Shown here: positions 9,467 through 18,403 of the stretch, one piece after another | Layout of the letters: every line of letters begins with the position of its first letter | Numbering within the stretch: the first letter of the stretch is position 1 | Assembly: GCA_913757435.1 (NCBI GenBank) | Contig: CAJYDM010000007.1 | Location: 10,647 to 74,646 of the forward strand | Direction: 5' to 3' | Origin: Syntrophomonas sp. DTU019 | GTDB taxonomy: Bacteria; Bacillota; Syntrophomonadia; Syntrophomonadales; Syntrophomonadaceae | Length of the DNA: 64,000 nucleotides | Made by a program: the position numbers and the translations under genes | Notes under the pieces: model-generated | The model's database searches: none | Told to the model about the DNA's origin: nothing | Seen by the model: only the letters and a program-made list of their open reading frames with translations

Positions 9467-10119
9467 ATTCTAACCGAGGTGTTGCTTTTTGGCTTGCTTA
9501 TATTGTTGCCATTCTGGCGGCAGGCTGGGTAGCCTGGGTTTACCCTGATCTGACTGGGAATTTTCCGATACACTGGAACACAGAAGGTATTCCCGACCGT
9601 TTCGCTCCAAAAAGCCAGTTGCTGTGGATGACGGCGCTGGTGGTGGGCATTCCTTTATTCATGGATCTGCTGCCTCGTTTTGACCCGCGCCGGAAGAACT
9701 ATGATTATTTCAGCACCAGCTATCAGTATATGAAACTGGGCAGCACCGTTTTTATGGCCTTTATGTTGATATTGAGCATACAGACCGGACGCAGCCAGGA
9801 GCAGGTGTTGTCCACCCGGCACATGATGGTGGGCATGGGCTTGCTGTTCATGGTTTTGGGCAACTATATGACCAAGTTGCGCAGCAACTTCTTTGTAGGC
9901 ATCAAAACCCCCTGGACGTTGTCATCTGATGAGGTGTGGAGAAAGACCCACCGCGTGGGAGGGTGGGGATTCTTCCTGGTGGGACTGCTGATTGCAGTAG
10001 CCGGATTCTTCCTGACTGGCAAGGCGCTTTTCTACCTGGTGATCGGCGCCATTATATTGCTCACAGCAGGAACGTACCTGTATTCCTACCTGCTTTACCG
10101 GAGCATAGGCAGTTCTTAA
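9463..10119 (+). CDS. SdpI/YhfL-family membrane protein (DUF1648 + SdpI domains)
   Basis: Motifs NFPIHWNTEGIPDRF and FFVGIKTPWTLSSDEVWRKTHR, multi-TM, and translationally coupled to the ArsR gene as in sdpR-sdpI pairs. Confidence 0.75.
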   Translation: MNSNRGVAFWLAYIVAILAAGWVAWVYPDLTGNFPIHWNTEGIPDRFAPKSQLLWMTALVVGIPLFMDLLPRFDPRRKNYDYFSTSYQYMKLGSTVFMAFMLILSIQTGRSQEQVLSTRHMMVGMGLLFMVLGNYMTKLRSNFFVGIKTPWTLSSDEVWRKTHRVGGWGFFLVGLLIAVAGFFLTGKALFYLVIGAIILLTAGTYLYSYLLYRSIGSS

Positions 10120-10156
10120 TCGGCATACTAATAAAGCCAGCATACCAAAAAGGATC

Positions 10157-10190
10157 ACCCCCACATGCATTTACTGGGGGTTATTTTTTG
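10157..10190 (+). terminator. Intrinsic terminator
   Basis: ACCCCCA...TGGGGGT stem followed by TTATTTTTT. Confidence 0.7.
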
Positions 10191-10362
10191 CGTTAATATT
10201 TTCCCAAAACTTATCATTAAAGTAATTATATTGCGTATACCTGCCATTAGATAATATCATTGATATAGACCCGCAACGGTCAGGGGGGAGGGATCGTCAG
10301 AACGGGCGCCAGAAGAGGAGTAAGATAAACATTTGGATCATGTTTGGGGAGTGATGTACATA

Positions 10363-11088
10363 ATGCGAGTAAACGCTAATAGTGCTTTGCGTAAGTTGGT
10401 AGGGGAATATCCGGAATTAAAGGGCCAGCATGTAGAGATCAAGATCTACCAGCCTGCCAAATCGGGGGGAGGACGTTATGATCCCCTGACCAGCGGGAAT
10501 GAGGTGCTTATTCAAGCCGAGATGGAGGGGGCTATTGGCCAGGTTTACACCTTCCACCCCCGTACCTTTTCCGGCACCGTGGACGCGGTAGCCAACCTGC
10601 CTGATGTCAATCCTTATTATTATCCCATGGTGGTGGCGGTATTGAATGCTGCTGCCCGCAAGGTGGGCTGCATCGAACAGAGTATTGAATGCAGCGGTGA
10701 AGGACCGGTACAATGTGCCCGCCATATCTGCCAGTTGCTGCAAGAGCGGCACGGGATATGCCGTATAGGTATGATGGGCTTTTTCCCTGAACTGCTGCAG
10801 CAAGCAGCGGATGTATTCGGGGCGGAAAATCTAGCCGTAATGGATTTAAACCCCAGCCATATCGGATCATTCATCAATGGGGTGGAGATCTGGGACGGGG
10901 ACAAAGACTATGGCCCACTGCTGGATTTCGCCGATGTGCTCTTAATGAGCGGCACCAACCTGGTCAATCGCAAAGCTGACCAAATCCTGCAACAACTGGG
11001 AGACAAACCCTACTATCTATTCGGCACCACTGCGGCAAGCCTGGCCAAGGCCAATGGAATGCCGTGGCTGTGCCCCATGAGTAGCTGA
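10363..11088 (+). CDS. DUF364/DUF4213-type Rossmann-like protein (putative metal-chelation domain)
   Basis: The ORF opens at 10333. The ATG at 10363 lies 11 nt after GGGGAG. The overall pattern (N-terminal alpha/beta domain plus ...DVLLMSGTNLVN...) resembles DUF364 proteins, recognised from memory. Confidence 0.5.
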   Translation: MRVNANSALRKLVGEYPELKGQHVEIKIYQPAKSGGGRYDPLTSGNEVLIQAEMEGAIGQVYTFHPRTFSGTVDAVANLPDVNPYYYPMVVAVLNAAARKVGCIEQSIECSGEGPVQCARHICQLLQERHGICRIGMMGFFPELLQQAADVFGAENLAVMDLNPSHIGSFINGVEIWDGDKDYGPLLDFADVLLMSGTNLVNRKADQILQQLGDKPYYLFGTTAASLAKANGMPWLCPMSS

Positions 11089-11470
11089 ACATAGCTAAAT
11101 GGGAATAAATACCATAATGGCGACCGGGATGACTGTAATGGCAGTTTACCCCGGTTGTTTGGTTCTAGGGATAGGGCCGTTATGGTTGCCATTTTTACAT
11201 CATCATCAGTTTTTCCTGGTTCTTACTACTGATGGGGGGAATAGGTCTGCTTTATTTGCTGTGTACGAATGCTGTAGCAGAGCTCATGCTATCAACAAGA
11301 CCGGGCCACGGGTAATTTTGTTGGTCCGCCTATTGCTGTTGCATGTCGGGCTTGTTTACCATAATCCGGTCATGAATAATATGGCGCTGGTTTTCCTACC
11401 CCCGTTTATTCATGATCTCTGACGCAACTATATTCGAAACAAATAATCTATGTTAAGGAGGGTATACTCG

Positions 11471-12814
11471 GTGAAAAAGATAGCGATTCTGGTGTTGGCA
11501 GCATTTCTGCTCACTTTGCTTCCTGCGGCTGCCTTGGCCAAACCCGACCCCGATAAAGTGCAGGGCAACCAGGGGAATCATAAGCAGAAGTCATCTCAAA
11601 GCCAAATCAAAAAATCGGAGCCGCGTAACTACAGCTCTGGCAAAGACCGTTTTTGGGTTATTTTCGATGACATTAACGACAGCTGGGCCAATGTCTACAT
11701 AATGAAAGCAGCCCGCAAAGGCCTGGTGGAAGGGTACATGGGTAAATACCAGCCCAATAAACCGGTCACCAACCTGGAACTGATCATAATGCTGGTCAGA
11801 GCCCTCGATAAAGATGGACAGCTTGACCTGGACGATGCTGATGTAGGCAAGTACGATTTGAAAAAGATCCCGGCTTGGGGTCAGCCCTATGTAGCGGCTG
11901 CAGTTGATTTCGGCTTAATCCTGCCTCAAGAGCTGAAGACCTTCAACCCGAATCAAGGCTGTAAGAGGGGGCAGGTAGCCCTATATGTAGCCCGTATTCT
12001 GGATGAGGATGCGAATGACCGGGACGATGATGAAGATATTGATTTTGACAGTGTCTCTGAAGATGTGGAGGAGATCATCGCCATTCTGGAGGGACTGGGC
12101 GACCTGGAAGATGACTATGCCGAGATAGAGGATGGTATCGATGCAATAATCGACGATCTGGAAGCATTCCTGGACCAGCTGGATGAAGCCGATGAAGCCG
12201 ACCTGCCTGACCTGATCGCAGATTTCAAGGTCATTTCCAGGAGCCTGGGGGATATCATCGCTGATGCTGAGGATGCCGATTTGGATGAAGACATACTGGG
12301 CGAACTTAGCGATGCAGCCAAGCAGGCCAGCACGGTCAGGAGAGCCTTAACAGCATTCCGGGACATTGATAAGGACGACTCTTTTACAGATGACTACCTG
12401 ATTCCGTATGAATTCAAATTTTCGGTTAAAAAGGTAAAACGCTTCCGCATCATGGTCGGCGATAATAATGGCTGCTTCAGCCCCATGCGGGTGGTCAAGC
12501 GCGATGAGATCGCCACTCTGTTAAGCCGCCTGACTGACCAGATACTCGGGGAATTCGATATCAGCTCGGTCAAAGGTACCCTTGATGTAGCTGACGAGGA
12601 TGAAATCACCATCACCGACGAGGATGGAGACGAATTGACCTTTAATATCAGCGAAGACACCCGCATCACTTATAGGAAGCAGGCGGTTGACATTGAAGAC
12701 CTGGCTGATTATGAAGGCTATGAAGTGGTAGTCGTCTATAATGGGGACGACGATGCCTCCACTATTAAAATCGTGGGCCGTGCCGCCGTCGATGATGACG
12801 ATGACGAAGATTAA
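11471..12814 (+). CDS. Secreted SLH-domain protein with an extremely acidic central region
   Basis: GTG at 11471 lies 8 nt after AAGGAGGG. There is a signal peptide KKIAILVLAAFLLTLLPAAALA and SLH-like segments (FDDINDSWANVYIMKAARKGLVEGY...; IPAWGQPYVAAAVDFGLI...). A D/E-rich block lies at roughly aa 180-300. Confidence 0.7.
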   Translation: MKKIAILVLAAFLLTLLPAAALAKPDPDKVQGNQGNHKQKSSQSQIKKSEPRNYSSGKDRFWVIFDDINDSWANVYIMKAARKGLVEGYMGKYQPNKPVTNLELIIMLVRALDKDGQLDLDDADVGKYDLKKIPAWGQPYVAAAVDFGLILPQELKTFNPNQGCKRGQVALYVARILDEDANDRDDDEDIDFDSVSEDVEEIIAILEGLGDLEDDYAEIEDGIDAIIDDLEAFLDQLDEADEADLPDLIADFKVISRSLGDIIADAEDADLDEDILGELSDAAKQASTVRRALTAFRDIDKDDSFTDDYLIPYEFKFSVKKVKRFRIMVGDNNGCFSPMRVVKRDEIATLLSRLTDQILGEFDISSVKGTLDVADEDEITITDEDGDELTFNISEDTRITYRKQAVDIEDLADYEGYEVVVVYNGDDDASTIKIVGRAAVDDDDDED

Positions 12815-12880
12815 GAAACAGGACTAAATCCTGAAATTTTAGGATACAGGGCTCTTTGTAAAACTGGCATAATTGCGTAT

Positions 12881-12917
12881 CACCCGGGCAGGATTCCTGC
12901 CCGGGGTGGTATTTTTT
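12881..12917 (+). terminator. Intrinsic terminator
   Basis: CACCCGGGCAGG-ATT-CCTGCCCGGGGTG stem followed by TATTTTTT. Confidence 0.75.
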
Positions 12918-12977
12918 ATCATGATTCAGCGCTGGTATGCTACCATTGAGCTTAGATCAATTCCAGGAGGACAGAAG

Positions 12978-13706
12978 ATGTCCAACGCTGAACCGTCACA
13001 ATTGGAGAAGATCACCGTATCGGTGTGGCAACGGTATAAAGCGGGCGATACCACTGCTATTGAAGACAGTTTCGATCAGATCATGCCCTTTTGCTTGCGG
13101 GTCTGCGCCCGTACCTGCGGACGCTATATTGACAGCAGTGATGAAGAAGCCAGCATCGCCAGGATGGCCATCCTGGAGGCCTTTGACAAATATGAACCCC
13201 AGCGCGGTAATATTTTGCTGTATTTGGGCTACGTGATTCGCAACCGCATCATAGACTACAAGCGCAGTGAGGAAAAGCGGCACTTCACCCCATTCTCGGC
13301 TTTTCAGAGTGAGCAGCACATCCCCGGGGCCCAGACCGTGGACTTGGCTGAGCAGATATTGGATGACCTGGCGCGCAAACAGGACCTGGACCGTTTCAAA
13401 GCGGTCATACAGTTGTATGATATAAAGCTGGAAGATCTGGTGAAAGGCAGTCCGCGCCAGAAAAAGACCTTGCAGGCAGCGATTTCCATAGCCGACAGAA
13501 TAGCTTCTGATCAGGAGATGAGTACATATTTGCAGGAAAAGAAAATGATCCCCATCCGTATGCTGGAACAGCGCTGCAATGCCAGCCGCAAGATAATCGA
13601 TCGTTACCGCAAGTTCATTATCGCCAGCACTATGATATTGATCCATGATATACAATGCCTGAGACCGTATTTGAGTGACCGGAAAGGAGGCGAGCAGCAT
13701 GTCTAA
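12978..13706 (+). CDS. sigI: Alternative sigma factor SigI
   Basis: ATG at 12978 after GGAGG. The sequence has a SigI-like layout (...RYIDSSDEEASIARMAILEAFDKYEPQRGN...; C-terminal SRKIIDRYRKFIIA). It is followed by a coupled RsgI-type gene. Confidence 0.8.
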   Translation: MSNAEPSQLEKITVSVWQRYKAGDTTAIEDSFDQIMPFCLRVCARTCGRYIDSSDEEASIARMAILEAFDKYEPQRGNILLYLGYVIRNRIIDYKRSEEKRHFTPFSAFQSEQHIPGAQTVDLAEQILDDLARKQDLDRFKAVIQLYDIKLEDLVKGSPRQKKTLQAAISIADRIASDQEMSTYLQEKKMIPIRMLEQRCNASRKIIDRYRKFIIASTMILIHDIQCLRPYLSDRKGGEQHV

Positions 13707-14634
13707 AGCACAGGGTATAGTCCTTGAGTCAGGGCGTGGATGGGCTGTGATCATGAGTGAAGACGGTCGCTATCAAAAGGTTAAGTCGGCTCAGCCCCTA
13801 TATGCGGGAGAATACTACTATGGCCGGCAGCGGCCAATGCTGCGCTATGGCATCGCCGCAGCGGTATTGCTGGCGCTCCTGGCCGGGACCGCAGACTTCT
13901 TTAATGTAGTCACCTATGCCTCACTTTCTCCCGGCATTGAACTGGGAATCAACCGCTGGGAGCGAGTGGTCTCGGTCAAGACCGAGGGTGACCAGGCCGC
14001 CCAGGTTATATCCCATCTGAATATAAGCGGTCAGCCTGCTGCAGCGGCAGTTGGAGCCGTCGTCGGTGAGATGGTGGCCCGGGAGCAGTTAGCTGAAAAT
14101 GACAGCGGCAGTCTGCAAGTCACTGTGCACAGTAAAAAGAACGGAGAAAAGCTGAAGGAGCAGTATAAACAGAAGCTGGTCGCCAAGATCAGTGATTCAG
14201 TGGACCAGGCCCTAAAAGTCAATCAAAAGGTCAAGATAAAGGACGAAGTTATTGAAGAAAGGCTGCATATTCAGTACAAGACCACATCCTCCAACTCCAA
14301 GGGGCAAAACCAGGGCAACAGCAAGCAGAAAGCTGAACAGACTAATAGTTCCCGGAGCTTTATGAGAGAATACACCGAACCGGATAACAGGGCCTGGGTA
14401 AACAATGCCAACCCACGAGCAGCGGTTCCGGCATGGACAAAAGGCAACAATGACAAGAAAGATGATGATAAAAAGCAATTTTCGGGCAATAGCGGCAAAG
14501 TTCAAAAAAATCAGCAATCGAAAGCCAATTCGTCCAAGTATGAAAAGAAGTATAAATCGCCCTGGATGACCAACCAAGGCAAAACCGACTGGTCGAGACT
14601 TCGTTCTGGCTCTAAACAGAAAACATCCGACTAG
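13699..14634 (+). CDS. rsgI: Anti-sigma-I factor RsgI-like
   Basis: ATG at 13699 after AAGGAGG, overlapping the sigI stop. RsgI_N-like AQGIVLESGRGWAVIMSEDGRYQKVK, a single TM segment and a lysine-rich low-complexity tail. Confidence 0.7.
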   Translation: MSKAQGIVLESGRGWAVIMSEDGRYQKVKSAQPLYAGEYYYGRQRPMLRYGIAAAVLLALLAGTADFFNVVTYASLSPGIELGINRWERVVSVKTEGDQAAQVISHLNISGQPAAAAVGAVVGEMVAREQLAENDSGSLQVTVHSKKNGEKLKEQYKQKLVAKISDSVDQALKVNQKVKIKDEVIEERLHIQYKTTSSNSKGQNQGNSKQKAEQTNSSRSFMREYTEPDNRAWVNNANPRAAVPAWTKGNNDKKDDDKKQFSGNSGKVQKNQQSKANSSKYEKKYKSPWMTNQGKTDWSRLRSGSKQKTSD

Positions 14635-14656
14635 GTAAGAGGCATGAAGAGGCATG

Positions 14657-14702
14657 GGGACGGTTCTTTTGCCTGTTCGAAGAACAGGCAAAGAACCGTC
14701 CC
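14657..14702. repeat. 46-nt near-perfect palindrome of the GGGGACGG repeat family, probably a bidirectional terminator
   Basis: GGGACGGTTCTTTTGCCTGTTC-GAA-GAACAGGCAAAGAACCGTCCC lies between convergent rsgI and the rod-binding gene. The flanks carry GGCATG/CATGCC extensions (14640-14735). Confidence 0.75.
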
Positions 14703-14733
14703 ATACTCACAAATCCCATGCCTCCCCATGCCT

Positions 14734-15081
14734 CTATTTGCGGGTCAGCTGTTGGTAGATGATATCAGCCAATCCCAGCGATCCCTGGCGGCTGATGGTC
14801 TTGGCATACTCCTCATCCAGCATTGATTCAAAGGTCTCGGTGGCCATACCCCGGGTGATGAAATCACTGCGGGGGATGCTGGAGCGCATGGCCGACAAAA
14901 GGCGGTATACGAAAACACTTTCCAGGTCCTCGCAGGTCTGGCGCAGTTTTTTATCGTCTCGGGAGCGCATGGCATTCTGTAAAATGCGATCAAACTTGCC
15001 AGTCTGCTGCTGTTCCCGGCTGGCCTGGGCAGCGCTCATATTGGCAAAACCGTTGATCCCGGTGGGGCTTACCGTTGGCAT
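14734..15081 (-). CDS. Flagellar rod-binding (FlgJ N-terminal-like) protein
   Basis: 115 aa with a Rod-binding-domain pattern (LESVFVYRLLSAMRSS...FESMLDEEYAKTIS...GLADIIYQQL). It lies immediately downstream of flgG. Confidence 0.7.
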   Translation of the reverse strand: MPTVSPTGINGFANMSAAQASREQQQTGKFDRILQNAMRSRDDKKLRQTCEDLESVFVYRLLSAMRSSIPRSDFITRGMATETFESMLDEEYAKTISRQGSLGLADIIYQQLTRK

Positions 15082-15096
15082 AAACCTCGACCTCTC

Positions 15097-15159
15097 CTTT
15101 AGCGGCGTGTGTCACAGAACCGTCCCCCGTCACACCCCGTCACATCTTCTTTAGCGGCG
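15097..15159. repeat. 41-bp GGGGACGG-family unit flanked by an 11-bp direct duplication (CTTTAGCGGCG)
   Basis: 15097-15107 and 15149-15159 are identical. The insert 15108-15148 reads TGTGTCACAGAACCGTCCCCCGTCACACCCCGTCACATCTT. The right copy contains the flgG stop codon, and the left copy abuts the SD of the next gene. Confidence 0.7.
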
Positions 15160-15936
15160 CAGGTTGGTTGTTACCTGCAGCATCTCATCCACCGACTGAA
15201 TCACTTTGGAGTTGATTTCATAGGCGCGCTGCGCCGTGATCAAGCTCACCATCTCCTCCACGATCTGCACATTGGAAGATTCCAGATAACCTGCTTCCAG
15301 AGTTATAGTGCTGTCCTCCTCCGGATCCCAATCCACCGCCTCGCCGGCGATGTCAGTAGCCCGGTACAAGTTGCCGCCGACCTTCTCCAGGCCTGACGGA
15401 TTCATAAAGGTGACCAGTTCCAACTGGCCTGCTTCCAGGATCTCATCCGAGCCGGAGGCTTTATAAGTGACCCGGCCGTCCTTTTCCACAGTAACACTGT
15501 AGGCACCGGGTTCCATAGCATCCACTCCTGAGAGCAGATAACCCGCGCTAGTCACCAGATTGCCTTCAGCATCCAGTTTAAAAGCGCCGTCACGGGTATA
15601 TAGCTCCTCATCACCGCTGGCCAAGACTCTAAAATACGCATTGCCACCTGAAATAGCCACATCCAGCGGATTGCCGGTGGGCTGCAAGTTGCCCTGTCCG
15701 TTCATGATATCGATGGTAGCAGGGCGTACCCCCATACCAACCGCAATGCCAACCGGTTCAATTAGCTCGTCGCTTACCACGGGGCGTTTTAAGGTTTGGT
15801 AGAGCAGGTCCTGAAACTCCACCCGCTGCCGCTTATAGCCAGTAGTGTTTACATTGGCGATATTGTGGGCCAGGGTGTCCACATTGAGCTGCTGCGCATA
15901 CATGCCCGTACTGGCAGTATAGAGGGACCTCATCAT
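15151..15936 (-). CDS. flgG: Flagellar basal-body rod protein FlgG
   Basis: N-terminal MMRSLYTASTGMYAQQLNVDTLAHNIANVNTTGYK and C-terminal LESSNVQIVEEMVSLITAQRAYEINSKVIQ are classic rod-protein motifs. Confidence 0.9.
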   Translation of the reverse strand: MMRSLYTASTGMYAQQLNVDTLAHNIANVNTTGYKRQRVEFQDLLYQTLKRPVVSDELIEPVGIAVGMGVRPATIDIMNGQGNLQPTGNPLDVAISGGNAYFRVLASGDEELYTRDGAFKLDAEGNLVTSAGYLLSGVDAMEPGAYSVTVEKDGRVTYKASGSDEILEAGQLELVTFMNPSGLEKVGGNLYRATDIAGEAVDWDPEEDSTITLEAGYLESSNVQIVEEMVSLITAQRAYEINSKVIQSVDEMLQVTTNLRR

Positions 15937-16183
15937 AGTGGGTTGCCTCCTTGCAATGATTGAATTTATTAATGACGATCAGAATGCACCTCGGTCGTTC
16001 GGTGCGCAGATGGGCTTCTCGGGTGAGTCCAGCCCATAGCTAAAACACTTATTCTACATCTATATCGGCAAATCGGCGCATAAACTTTAACAGAGAATTT
16101 GTCCACCTAAGGGTGTACAGAATAGCAACTTTTTTCCTCTGTTCTCATATATTAAAGAACATACAGATATTGAGGTGTGATCC

Positions 16184-16474
16184 ATGATAAAAATTTCAGA
16201 CCTGCGTACCCGAGACGTGATCAATGTGGTGGACGGCAAAAAGCTGGGCAACATAATCGACATTGACCTGGACCTGGAGAATGGCCGTGTGCTGGGTTTG
16301 ATTATGCCCGGCCACAGCCGGGGTTTCCACATATTCTCCCGCCGCGAGGAGGTAACCGTGCCCTGGCATAAAATAGTACGCATTGGACGCGATGTTATCC
16401 TGGTGGAGGTCCCGGTGGCCAATGAGATAGACGGCTATCGCCGCGACTACCGCATCGATGATGAGCGCTACTAA
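16184..16474 (+). CDS. YlmC/YmxH-family PRC-barrel sporulation protein
   Basis: MIKISDLRTRDVINVVDGKKLGNIIDIDLDLENGRV... is characteristic of YlmC/YmxH. Confidence 0.8.
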   Translation: MIKISDLRTRDVINVVDGKKLGNIIDIDLDLENGRVLGLIMPGHSRGFHIFSRREEVTVPWHKIVRIGRDVILVEVPVANEIDGYRRDYRIDDERY

Positions 16475-16554
16475 ATGATATATAAAGTTGAATTCCCCGC
16501 CCTTTTTGGCGATAATAAGAGCAATAAGCGGCACGTCTAAAGGGGGAAGAGGAT

Positions 16555-17007
16555 TTGAGATGCCCCTATTGCCAGGATTTTGAAAGCAGGGTGGTGGATT
16601 CCCGGGCCAGCGATGACGGGACTTCGATTCGTCGCAGGCGGGAATGCAATGCTTGCAAGCGCCGCTTTACCACTTATGAGCGCATTGAAGAGCGGCCTCT
16701 GGTGGTGGTCAAGAAGGACGGCAGCCGCGAACAATTCAATCGTGACAAACTTCTGGCCGGCATCACCCGGGCCTGTGAGAAAAGACCGGTCAGCATGGAG
16801 GATATCGAAAACCTGGTGGCAGCCCTGGAGAGGGAACTGCGGGACGAGTACGAGCGCGAGGTGAGCAGCCAGATCATCGGGGAACGGGTGATGCAGCGTC
16901 TGCAGGCCCTGGATGAGGTAGCCTATGTGCGTTTTGCCTCGGTGTACCGCCAGTTCGCGGATTTAAACAGCTTTATCAAGACTATTGAGCAGTTGAAGAA
17001 TCGATAG
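16555..17007 (+). CDS. nrdR: Transcriptional repressor NrdR
   Basis: TTG start. MRCPYCQ...zinc ribbon (CNACKRRF) followed by an ATP-cone. Confidence 0.9.
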   Translation: MRCPYCQDFESRVVDSRASDDGTSIRRRRECNACKRRFTTYERIEERPLVVVKKDGSREQFNRDKLLAGITRACEKRPVSMEDIENLVAALERELRDEYEREVSSQIIGERVMQRLQALDEVAYVRFASVYRQFADLNSFIKTIEQLKNR

Positions 17008-17016
17008 CATACCGCA

Positions 17017-17055
17017 GGGCGTTCCAATCGCAAGGTGGGGGACGTCTTTTTGTTT
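17017..17055 (+). terminator. Possible intrinsic terminator after nrdR
   Basis: GGGCGTTCC pairs with GGGGACGTCT (including G.U pairs) and is followed by TTTTTGTTT. Confidence 0.35.
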
Positions 17056-17196
17056 GGGGTTTTAGCTAGAATTCCTATGAAGTATGGCTACGACACCATC
17101 CCCCTCCCGGCTCTACAGGTATAGGCGGGATCTGGCACGTCATCACAGGGTTTTTCACACGGTCTGACGTCCCGATTTAACCGATGTAATCCGGTG

Positions 17197-18033
17197 TCAT
17201 CGCAAATAGGCGGTGAGGGCTTCGATCACCATCGGCAGGGGGAAGCTTTTTTCCTCAATGCGGGTTGAAGGACGTCCGTAGAGATACATGGAATCGTCAT
17301 AAGGGCCGGTCTCGCGGCGGCCCTGCTCTATATTGGGCACATCTTTGAGCCAGCGCCAGGCTGAGGAGCGGGGCAGATGGAAGACGAAACGGTAGTTGCC
17401 TATGGCCACTATGAACTCGAAGAGAGAATAATACTCGGGTTCTACCGATTGTACAAAGCATTTTGGACAGCGATGTCCCTTTTTTAAGTATTCCACAAAG
17501 GAAAGCCCCGCGCTGCGAGCCGAGTCTTTGCAGTCGTCGCACAGCCAGATGCGCTCCCGATCCGGACCCAACAGGTAGCGCACCTGTATCAAATCCGGGT
17601 TATCCCGCCACATTTTTCTGATCACCCGGTTCTTAAGGCTGTACAGTTCCCGGCTCTGCTCAGCATAGCGTTTGGCATAATGGTTAAGATGAAACAGATA
17701 GAAAGACACCCGCAAGACGGTTTCGGCGGGCTGGCCCTCGATGCTGGCCAAAAAACGGTCATAGTGGCGTATAGCCCGGAGCACCTTGCTGAAACGGACG
17801 GTGCTGACGCCGCGGCTGCCGAGGCGGTTTTTCTTATCCTGCAGGTCGGCCAGGGCGGAATAGATGTCGGCTGCTTGCACATCCTTTTCGTCAAAAAGGT
17901 AGCTCATGCCGCCATTGGCGTTGCGCGATACCCTGGAAATCTGCAGGTAGCCATATTCCATCAATTCATGCACCTGGCGATTGTTAAGTTGGTAGCGGCG
18001 GGCCACCTCGCTGATGGTAAGCACAACGGGCAC
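17197..18033 (-). CDS. Hypothetical protein with an N-terminal excisionase/MerR-like HTH and an internal CxxC...CxxC zinc ribbon
   Basis: TISEVARRYQLNNRQVHELMEYGYLQI (HTH-like) and CDDC...CPKC. GTG start at 18033, or an internal GTG at 18024 with better SD spacing. Confidence 0.55.
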   Translation of the reverse strand: MPVVLTISEVARRYQLNNRQVHELMEYGYLQISRVSRNANGGMSYLFDEKDVQAADIYSALADLQDKKNRLGSRGVSTVRFSKVLRAIRHYDRFLASIEGQPAETVLRVSFYLFHLNHYAKRYAEQSRELYSLKNRVIRKMWRDNPDLIQVRYLLGPDRERIWLCDDCKDSARSAGLSFVEYLKKGHRCPKCFVQSVEPEYYSLFEFIVAIGNYRFVFHLPRSSAWRWLKDVPNIEQGRRETGPYDDSMYLYGRPSTRIEEKSFPLPMVIEALTAYLR

Positions 18034-18059
18034 CTTCCTAAACTAGAGTAATAGTACTG

Positions 18060-18353
18060 TCAGGGCTGATCTTCAGGGTCAGGCAGCGGATCGTTCTCGA
18101 GCTGCTCTGGCACCGGTTCTAAGAGCTTTAAGGCTTCTTCTTCCCATTGGCTGGGCACCTGAATGACAGTCTCGGCATACGGGCCCACCGTCAGGGGTAT
18201 CTGGGAAATGGTATGGCGCTGCAGACGATACGGTATTTCCTGTGATCTTAACAGGCTTTCAATTATAATGTCATCAGGAGGACAGACCCGCATCAGGGTC
18301 ACCCAGACCAAAGCCTTACCGTCCTCTTTTTTCGGGGGAACGGAGTGATTCAT
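18060..18353 (-). CDS. Small protein, DUF2007-like (putative signal-transducing fold)
   Basis: The ORF runs to 18368. The ATG at 18353 follows GGAGGTG. It has an acidic proline-rich C-terminus. The family call is tentative. Confidence 0.4.
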   Translation of the reverse strand: MNHSVPPKKEDGKALVWVTLMRVCPPDDIIIESLLRSQEIPYRLQRHTISQIPLTVGPYAETVIQVPSQWEEEALKLLEPVPEQLENDPLPDPEDQP

Positions 18354-18403
18354 CACACCCACCTCCATATGCCTATTGTACGCGAAAGAGGGAGGTAGAA
18401 CAA

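Noticed and set aside
10190-10362. Cobalamin riboswitch upstream of the DUF364 gene, suggested by CCCGCAACGGTCA at ~10270.
   Set aside because: The other conserved elements (GGGAA, the GGTG-AA-TCC helix and the GCCACTG B12 box) are missing in the surrounding 150 nt.
11099-11422. Other intergenic ORFs from the track: 1134-1346, 11099-11422, 28931-29155, 35085-35273, 44599-44880, 53570-53806, 54554-54982 and 54897-55295.
   Set aside because: They have no SD, odd composition (His/Cys/Trp/Arg-rich or repeat-derived) and overlap with repeats or terminators. None has a recognisable domain.
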